In this document: piece after piece, positions 54,211 through 64,000 of the stretch
Numbering within the stretch: position 1 is the first letter of the stretch
How the letters are laid out: every line of letters begins with the position of its first letter
Source of the DNA: Octopus bimaculoides
Taxonomy: Eukaryota
DNA: 64,000 nucleotides
Assembly: GCF_001194135.2 (NCBI RefSeq)
Contig: NC_068999.1
Coordinates: forward strand, 782,970-846,969
Direction of reading: 5' to 3'
Notes under the pieces: generated by a model
Database searches by the model: none
The model's input: the letters and a program-made list of their open reading frames with translations, nothing else
What the model was told of the DNA's origin: nothing
Made by a program: the position numbers and the translations under genes

Positions 54211-56309
54211 TGTTTTGTAGCTCTTTTCCCCTGACCAACTCTGACCGATCAGACCTATGATCAAAACTATCATACGTGCAACCAAATTATTTCTTTCTCA
54301 GGCCTGGTCTACTCTGACATAAATTCTCCAAAATGTCCCTTTTTCAGAGTACAGAGTGATGTTTGGAGGAGGATTTGGGAGCTATTATAGCAAGCAGGTT
54401 GAGCAATCATGTGTGATCTTCTTTTTAATCTTCATGTTCTGGTGTTTCTTGTTGTTGCTTTTGTTGGTGTTGTTGTTGCTCTCGTGCTTTCGTTGTTTTG
54501 CTCAAAATCAGTTTTGATTGTGCAGATTTGGATCAATGACATTCTTGTGTGTGGAAGTCTTTCAAGAAATTAATGGTGGTAATTATGATTATAAATTCAT
54601 GCTTCATCAGTTCTATGACAGAGTAATGATTAAACACAGCCTTCCCTGAAATATTAAAAAAACAAAAAATAAAAATAGAAAGAGAAAAGAAATGAAGGCT
54701 AGTTGGTTGAACAGAATTATGATCAAAAATATGTTTGTGCAATTATTTTTTAGACATTGTGGTATCGAACGCGACCATGTTTTTGAAAACAATTGGACAG
54801 TATTGAAGTAGTTTTTCTTGATATTTTTAGAATGTAATGGGTCAGGTATAGATTCATTGATTAGATCGTCGCACGCTTATGTCTTGAGATTGAAATTTTC
54901 AATAATCTCTTCCTTGGAATCCTATATATAATAATAATAATAATAATAATAAAAAGGAAATATTATTTTGTTAATTTCTTATGTGTATATATATATTTAA
55001 TTTGGATAAACAAGTTTTACACTGCAAATAAGTATCATCTAAATTTCATCATTTCCATGGCTTCTGAAAACATTTTATTAATTCTGAAGTATATTTTATG
55101 TGTTTGGTGCCTATATGTCTAAATGCACTGACTGATTGAAGCAACTGTTCATCAGTGTTAATTCATTTAGTCTTCTATTATTTACGTTCTGTGTGTGTGT
55201 GTGTGTGTGTGTGTGTACTCAGAACAACGTACTCTATTACAAAATTTATTTTAATTAAAAAAATTTTAAGGATTATTGTAGTATTATAAAGAAATTATTC
55301 CTACATCATCTACTTTCAACTTCCTGATTGAAACAAAATAATTTCTACCAGTAGCCACCCTCTGCATCTTCGACAAGTAAACTCAGAGATCTTGAAACTT
55401 ACGTTTAATATCAAAGCAATACGAAAGATGTGGGTTTTCATTTCCCTTATAAATGTGTAAGCATTCTTCGGATCGGAAAGTGACTTGGTATAATCGGTAA
55501 AGCATCACAGAAAACAACTTGTGATAGTACATAAAAGCTATTTCGACTGACAGTTCAATTTCTGCTCAGAGTAGTTAATAAGCTCGCCTAGCGGCTTCAT
55601 AGTTTCTGGTTCGATTTAGAAGCGAAGAACCTTGTGACACTTAAGAATTTTCGAACACATTCTTCGATCATCGAAGGATACAATATAAAATCTAGGCCAA
55701 ATGGCTGTTTAATGCTTTTTCTTTTTGCTTATTAGGTTCTCCTCTCCACACTGACGAGCTCAATCATCTGGCCAATGATATGCTTTAGAGGTGTTTAACG
55801 TATAACTGATTGGGATCGGCTATACAGTCTTATGGTAACTTCCTTTTTCGTTTTTCACTCCTGTGAGTATCAAGGATTCGTAGAAAGATCAAGAAAGTTT
55901 CCTTTATATGTCCAATATATTTAATGAAACAGAATGACCATGTTTTCTTTATTACTTACATCAATTGATGAGAGAAATATCTACTATGACGATCTACCGT
56001 AACCTCAGTTGAGCGGCTAAACCTGGCCATATATTACCAACATATTAGCAATTCTGGTATTCCGCTCGATAGAAAGAGAAATGCTCGACCCAAACTTGGG
56101 TCTGAATGGCTGCAATGCATTTTATTCCGTTAAATCCTGTTTAACTTGATTGATTTTGCCTGGACTTATTTTAGCGATATAAACTGGCGGAAATGACTGG
56201 TGACAGTCCCACGCGAGACCTTGTGTCTTCTGAATTCATTATAACTTACTTATTCAAGTCTGTAGAACGGGTTATATATGACATCTACCCTTATATCATT
56301 GACTTGACT

Positions 56310-56317
56310 TATTATTA

Positions 56318-56370
<53 letters not shown>
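56310..56370. repeat. (TAT)n microsatellite
   Basis: Seen directly. Confidence 0.97.
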
Positions 56371-56630
56371 AGCTCGTTGTCTTTATTTCATCATGTTCAA
56401 TCAAATTTGTTACCAAGCAGCTGAACATATTTACAGCTTCGAAAACGAAATTAGAGATTTTCTAAAAGAGATAAATATAAAAGCAGAAAAAACCACGAAG
56501 CGAAAAAGAACCAAAGTCAGTTCCTTTCAAACATAGCAAATATATAAATGAGAATTCACAAGGGAAAGAAAGAGAGATAGGAGAAAAAGAATGAGAAACA
56601 CAAAGTTACAGAGAGAGAGAAAGAGAAAGG

Positions 56631-56666
<36 letters not shown>

Positions 56667-58699
56667 TATTTGTATATGTATTCATATACGAGTACGTGTG
56701 TGTGTATTGCGCATGCAGAGAGAATATGCCAAGGAGACTATAATCAAGAGATATGAAGGTTAATATAGTCATTTGTGTGTGTATATGTATGTGTGTGTGA
56801 GTGCGGATGTGCGGATGTGTGTGTGCCTATTGATGTACATACATATAAATTATACAGACGAGGAGAGACAAAGACAGAGACAGAGAGACAGAAAGAGAAT
56901 GAATGAATTAATGGGAAAAGATATCGAGAGAAATGACATAGAATCCAAGAAAGAAACGTAAAATAGAAAAGAAGGTAAAAATATTGAATAATGTTGGAAA
57001 TATCGAATTTGGAATGGAATCTCATTAGAATTTATGAAAATGCAATGCAATCTTGATGACCTTTCAAGTTACATTAAACTTAGAATCCTGTTCGATTATG
57101 GTCTAACGAAGAAATATATTCCAAAGTTTTATATCAATACCATACAAAGCGCTATCAGGTTCAATGGATGCATAATATCTTTAGTAATTGCTATGCATTT
57201 ATGCATATATTTGTCAGCTACTTACACGCATGTACACAACAATTGGCGAGACTCTCAGCTTACTGAGTTAATAGCTTTCCCATCGATCACTGAGTTGAGT
57301 TGATGTGTCGTTGTTCCGTGTTCGTTCATTCTTGGCTGCACCGGTTGATGTGTTTTCTTTCATGTTTATTCAGTTTTTTTTCTTATATTTCTTTATAATA
57401 AAGATATTTGCATAAATTGGTTTTAGCCCATCTTGGAGTAAATAGTTTCTATTTAATTGAGTTTTTTTTTTTTATTTACTCTTATATTTTTGTTGTCATA
57501 GAATGTTTTCGTATAAAAAAAAGTTGATGCCCAACAAAATGAGTGTATATAATATTGATGACAGTTCTGATCAATTATGTAAATTTCTTAAAATTTTAAT
57601 ACCTTCCTTCATCAGAATGACGACCTAGAGCAGTCATTAGCAATCTGTAGCCCGCGGGACTTACTGAATGGTACGCCTTATTTCACGTGAGGAATAATGT
57701 TTATTAATTTTTGTTCAGTTGTGGAGAACATCTGCCTACGAGCGATGTCTCATGCAGCCCACTTCTCGAAAATAGGTTGCGTATGAGTGACCTAGAGCAT
57801 CTAAAGAGTGACTAGATTTGCTAGAAATAGCACAGAAATTAACTCATTTTACATGCTACCATTATTAAGAGATAGGTGAGATTGCCTCGCTATGTGTTAG
57901 TGTTTCTGTGACTTATGAATCTGTGCAGAAATACATGCTTTCGATTCCTGGCCCAAATGTGTTCGTGAGCAAAACATTTTATTATCTGCTGCTCCACATC
58001 ACTCAAGAGTAAAAGAGTTCCAACAATGACGAGGAATTAAACCCAGTAATGGACCGGTATCCAACTGAGGAAGAGGAGGGTGCTGTAATATCAGTGACTT
58101 GGGCGCCATCGAACCGAGTTAAGCTTCGGTCTAATAATCTTCGCACCCACACGGGAGCAAGAAAAAGAGGAAATGTAAAGTCTAAATACTCTGTTGCATG
58201 ATTCTGCAGTTGCTATTACACTGATTTTTGTCTTATCATTCTATTCTCAGTGGCCGAGGAGATGTAATATTGGGCGATATCAACTACTGGGTGATATCAA
58301 TTACTGGGCGGCATCATTGGGTTTAGTTTTGAGAATCTTTTCCGTTGTCTAAGTATAGATTCACTGTTATTAGTGATTTCAACGTAAATTCCACTCCCTC
58401 CGACATTTTGGCACTATGCTTTAGACACACGGTTTACAATATCTGGGGAAATATTCCCGAGCACATTCCCACAGAACATGTTTGGAGTTAAGGATTTACT
58501 GTAGTTCCTCGAATGCGATTCTTAAAACATCCAACACCGGTTATCAAGCGATTTCAAGGAACAAACACAAATAAAAAGACGCACACCCACACGCGCACAT
58601 CTACGCACGCGCGCATACTTACATATTTCCCTCTGCTACATTCCCTCGCAAAGCATCGTTGTTTGTCCCGAAGTGCAATAGCAAAAAGATGCTTGCACT

Positions 58700-58780
58700 A
58701 GGTGTTGAACAACAGTAGGATTTGAACCCGAAACCAAAATGAGCATCTTAACTCAATCATGCGCCTGTACCATGACACAT
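58700..58780 (-). mobile_element. tRNA-like SINE head fragment, antisense
   Basis: Reverse complement acaggcgcatgattgagttaagatgc...ggtttcgggttcaaatcctactg carries A-box-like and B-box-like motifs. Confidence 0.5.
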
Positions 58781-58834
58781 ACGACGTTAGATTCGACAGA
58801 CTACGACGAATACCGATATATACACGCACGCACG

Positions 58835-58903
<69 letters not shown>

Positions 58904-59341
58904 ATTCGTGTATTTACAGTATATGAGACGCTCTGTAATATTTTGCGTGAACTTATCAACACAAAACTTATGATACCGTTGTTATTGGAAGCTTTGCAGA
59001 GTAGAATATGAAGAAATAGATTTCCAGCATGCATGAATAGATCGAAGAATCTCGTACGAAAGGAAAAGGCAGAAAAAAAAGAGAAGGAAATAATAATTAT
59101 ATTTGAAATAAATAGGATAGGTTGAGAGCAATGTCAACAATAATGAACAAGAAGTCTTCGTACGAGGTGAAGTATTTATTCAGAAAACGCTGACATTTTA
59201 TGCTCAGAGGGAAACATCTGCAGCGACATGGTCTATCATGTTTCTCTATGCATTTGACTCTCTCTTCGCTCTCTCTGTCTCTAAGAAACCTCATCTTTCT
59301 CTCTCCATCCCTCTCTCTCTCTCTTTCTCTCTCATTTTCTC

Positions 59342-59386
<45 letters not shown>

Positions 59387-59814
59387 NNNNNNNNNNNNNN
59401 NNNNNNNNNNNNNNNNNNNNNNNNNNNNNNNNNNNNNNNNNNNNNNNNNNNNNNNNNNNNNNNNNNNNNNNNNNNNNNNNNNNNNNNNNNNNNNNNNNNN
59501 NNNNNNNNNNNNNNNNNNNNNNNNNNNNNNNNNNNNNNNNNNNNNNNNNNNNNNNNNNNNNNNNNNNNNNNNNNNNNNNNNNNNNNNNNNNNNNNNNNNN
59601 NNNNNNNNNNNNNNNNNNNNNNNNNNNNNNNNNNNNNNNNNNNNNNNNNNNNNNNNNNNNNNNNNNNNNNNNNNNNNNNNNNNNNNNNNNNNNNNNNNNN
59701 NNNNNNNNNNNNNNNNNNNNNNNNNNNNNNNNNNNNNNNNNNNNNNNNNNNNNNNNNNNNNNNNNNNNNNNNNNNNNNNNNNNNNNNNNNNNNNNNNNNN
59801 NNNNNNNNNNNNNN

Positions 59815-59847
<33 letters not shown>

Positions 59848-60857
59848 GAGGCACACATATACACATGTATATTCACGCATATACGTATAGATGCATATAA
59901 GTATACGCCGCATGTATATATATATATATATTTCTATGTATGTATATGTACGTACATACATGCAATCTTACATCCTCAAGCGCACACACAACACACACAC
60001 ACATCACACACGTGCTTACCCAGAGGTAGGGAAGACGAACGTATACGAGAAAAATTGAGATTGAGAGTGGGAGAGGAAGAGTAAGAGAGAATGAGAGAAA
60101 GAGATAGAAAGAGAGTCAGAGATAGACAGAGAGACAGAGAGATTGTTTGTGACAGACAGACAGATTCACATGCACACACACATTTGCACATATTTCCACA
60201 CACATACACACACACACACTCACAAATACGCACATAACCACACGGAAATATACGCACACACACATATATTCCTATATTCTCATATAAAGAAATAGGCACT
60301 GCAACGAGAAAAGGAAAATAAACAAAATTTGAATAAGAGGGTGAAAAAAAAATGAGACTTTTATATAATGTCGGTATAGTAGGTAAAAATGGCGGCGGGT
60401 AGAGACCCAGGAAGAAGAAAAGAGCGGCGGCGGTGATAAGATATAATAAGATAAAGCAAGATTTAAAGAAATTGATGAAATGAAATACAAAAAGACAACA
60501 AAAAATATCAAAGAGAATTAAATAAAAATGATTTTCTGTGGATTAAAAGGCAAAAAAAACGTATCCAATGTTATTTTGTAATATATTTTTTGTCCTTTCT
60601 TCTTGCTTATTTTTCCCTCCGATTTTTACCATTTATAATAATTTTTGCATTACTTCTTCCGTTAAGTTTTGTAATATATATTTTCATCTTTTTTTCCACT
60701 TTTTGATGGTCTTTTATATTCTGTATGCCACTAAATTCCCTGGCTGTGTATGAACATGTGTATATATACATACATAGGTACATACACACACATACACTCA
60801 TATATACACACATACATATACAACATATATATATATATATGTATACACACACAAGCT

Positions 60858-60891
<34 letters not shown>

Positions 60892-61295
60892 NNNNNNNNN
60901 NNNNNNNNNNNNNNNNNNNNNNNNNNNNNNNNNNNNNNNNNNNNNNNNNNNNNNNNNNNNNNNNNNNNNNNNNNNNNNNNNNNNNNNNNNNNNNNNNNNN
61001 NNNNNNNNNNNNNNNNNNNNNNNNNNNNNNNNNNNNNNNNNNNNNNNNNNNNNNNNNNNNNNNNNNNNNNNNNNNNNNNNNNNNNNNNNNNNNNNNNNNN
61101 NNNNNNNNNNNNNNNNNNNNNNNNNNNNNNNNNNNNNNNNNNNNNNNNNNNNNNNNNNNNNNNNNNNNNNNNNNNNNNNNNNNNNNNNNNNNNNNNNNNN
61201 NNNNNNNNNNNNNNNNNNNNNNNNNNNNNNNNNNNNNNNNNNNNNNNNNNNNNNNNNNNNNNNNNNNNNNNNNNNNNNNNNNNNNNNNNNNNNNN

Positions 61296-61346
<51 letters not shown>

Positions 61347-61838
61347 TATATACATATACGCACACACACGCAGTCACATATATGTTCATCATTTTTATTA
61401 CTTCCGCTTTGCACATACAAATATCTATGCACATGCATGTGTGTGGTGTGGTGCTGTGTGTGTATATGTGAATACGTGTGTGTGTGTGTATGTGTTTGCA
61501 CATCTGTATACGTGTGTGTGTGTGTTTATGCATTACCTGTCTGTATTTGCTGTTGATCTCACTGTAGATTTCTTTTCTTTCAATTCATATTCCTGTACAT
61601 TTTTTATACCCCTTTTTTCCTCCATATCGAATAACTTGACGTTTTTATAATGTCACATCATATCACACAGGAACACACACACATAAACGCGCGCGCAGAC
61701 ACACACACGCAAACATACGCTTGTGCACACACATGCACATACGTATATATGAAGCATATGTTTGTGCAAGCGTACAGGCATGCTTACATGCATACATACA
61801 TACATGAGAGATATGTGTGTATATATATGTATATGTAT

Positions 61839-61872
<34 letters not shown>

Positions 61873-62334
61873 ANNNNNNNNNNNNNNNNNNNNNNNNNNN
61901 NNNNNNNNNNNNNNNNNNNNNNNNNNNNNNNNNNNNNNNNNNNNNNNNNNNNNNNNNNNNNNNNNNNNNNNNNNNNNNNNNNNNNNNNNNNNNNNNNNNN
62001 NNNNNNNNNNNNNNNNNNNNNNNNNNNNNNNNNNNNNNNNNNNNNNNNNNNNNNNNNNNTCTTCCATTCTTTCTATAATTCTGCCATTTATATTCCTCCT
62101 ATTGCTGCTGTTGTATGGTATTTTCTTGAAAATATCTTTCCAACAAATCCGTGATGCTACATTCCAGAAAGAATCTGTGGTTCTACCATTTTGCTCAGCG
62201 CAAGGCAAAATAGGGTTCTGAATATAAAGATGAAAATGATGAGGATGATGATGATGATGATGATATTCGACTTCGCTTTAATGTTCTGTTAAATTTGTAA
62301 TATTTCAGTTTTGATTATTTTAAGTTTATGTGAT

Positions 62335-62880
62335 TTCTAGTTGACAATATTTTTCCAGTGAAGAGGCCTGTACTCACGAGAACAACATTTTGTACTTCTG
62401 AAACTCTGGAAGTTTCCTGACATTTGGTTACCATGGTGAAGTATGCCAAACTCCGATGGTCGCAAGAACATTTATTATTCATTGATGCCACATTAATGAA
62501 CTCCTCTTCCAACGTCCGTGTATTTAGATAACTTTTCATACGTTTTACTAAAAAAAGGCCGCAATCTGCTATGATTGAGATAACAATGAACAGACATGGT
62601 TTGTCGACTGGAAATTTTTACGGGTGAAATTTACTGGTAATTTTTATAAGCTCAGGGTGTTGCTTGTTCCATTTGTCAGCAGATTAGATTTTATAATGCC
62701 GACACATTATCCAATGAATCCTTTCACAGTGTGTAGTAGTCCTTCAACATCTTCATCATATTTGCCATATAGTTTTAAATCATCCACATAACATAGATGT
62801 CTTATTTCCCTGTTATGAGTTTTGTAGCCATACCCTGTTCTATTCAGTTCACTTGAGAGTGGTATTAGTGGTATTAGAAG
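62335..62880 (-). mobile_element. R4/Dong-type LINE remnant with the RT core fused to the endonuclease C-terminus
   Basis: LIPLSSELNRTGYGY...HLCYVDDLKLYGK...LLHTVKGF, then IHWIMCRHYKI*SADKWNKQHPE ... CLFIVIS...KTYEKLSKY ... SEVQNVVLVSTGLFTGKILST. Confidence 0.85.
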
Positions 62881-63489
62881 TTGGTGAAGAAGAGGGATCA
62901 GGTGAAGGATGAAACAGCGGAAGAAGAATGAGAAAAAGACGGGGAGAAAAGATGACGATGTAGGAGAGGATGAAGAAATAAAGGAGCAGAAGACGGAAGA
63001 GAAAAACGATTGGGAGGAGGAGAATAAGGAGACATGCAAGATGCATAAAGAGAATAAGAGAAAGAATTTCAAGTAAAAAGAAAAACCTAAAAGAAAAGGA
63101 ATAAAAGGCATTAGAAGGAGAACAAGAAAAATGAAACAAATTAAGTAAACAAAAATTAGCAACCATTATTTCTCATGGTTTTTTGAAAGTGTGTGAGCGT
63201 ATGCAAGATTGCATGTGTTTCGAGGGTGTCTGCCTGTCTGTCTGTCTGTCTGTGTATACTTAATTCAAAACTTAACGAATCTCAATGTGAAACTAAAAGC
63301 TATCTTACTAATTGTTGTCTTTCCTGTGATAACAGAGAATGGAAAAAGGTGGTTATTTACTATCATCGAGAAAACATAAAGATCTTTAACCGTTTTTCTA
63401 ATGACATTTATAGCCAGTAATTTCAACTGCGATTTACACACTTTATGATACATAAATGCAGTTCTGTGTAATTTGTAATTACCAATAGC

Positions 63490-63565
<76 letters not shown>

Positions 63566-64000
63566 CTCGTATATATATATATATATATACACACACACTC
63601 ACATATATACTTATATTCATATGCATACATGCGCACTCTTTAATATGTATATATATGTTACAGTTTGTATGCATGCACATGTATATATATATGTGTGTAT
63701 GTATGTGTGTGTGTGTAACTGTTTGTATGTGAGTGAGTGTACGAGTGACTGTGTACGTGTATATGTACATATATATTTTCTCATAGGCTCAGGTAGAGAC
63801 ATACCCACACTCATATGCAAATACAGATATGTCTATAAATGTGTGCATATATTCATATGTGTATATACATGTATCTACGAATGACTGTGTATATCTCACT
63901 GCTTGTACGCTTATGTATACGAGTACGAATTATATCAGCACGAGTTGTTATCTTATAATGCATGCTAGCGCGTACATTAGCGTCTATATTGAAATGAGCA

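Noticed and set aside
57809-57830. tgactagat resembling the miR-279 seed
   Set aside because: It lies within the dispersed ctagaaatagc repeat and has no hairpin.
58049-58201. 50-codon ORF containing LRTHTG, like a C2H2 zinc-finger linker
   Set aside because: No Cys/His zinc ligands are in register; chance similarity.

Overview
AT-rich animal genomic DNA with no recognisable intact protein-coding gene, tRNA, rRNA or CRISPR array. The microsatellite density, the recurring SINE-like families and 19 N-gaps (about 4.4 kb, mostly flanked by (AT)n) suggest a short-read cephalopod (octopus-like) assembly; this is inference from my recall of such repeats, and no search was run. The window looks like intronic or intergenic DNA. 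It holds decayed mobile elements: two mariner and one Tc1 transposase fragments, an RTE LINE fragment, three R4/Dong-type LINE fragments, a Helitron PIF1-like helicase remnant, several tRNA-derived SINE families and a TTAA-ended MITE-like element. Nearly all long ORFs in the supplied track are microsatellite or N artefacts. The most interesting unexplained signal is a set of long fold-back inverted repeats built around TA/CA microsatellites (47034-47238, 51776-52435, 31341-31424), plus a perfect 18-bp hairpin at 35762-35808. A few isolated exon-like segments have good splice signals but cannot be assembled into an identifiable protein.
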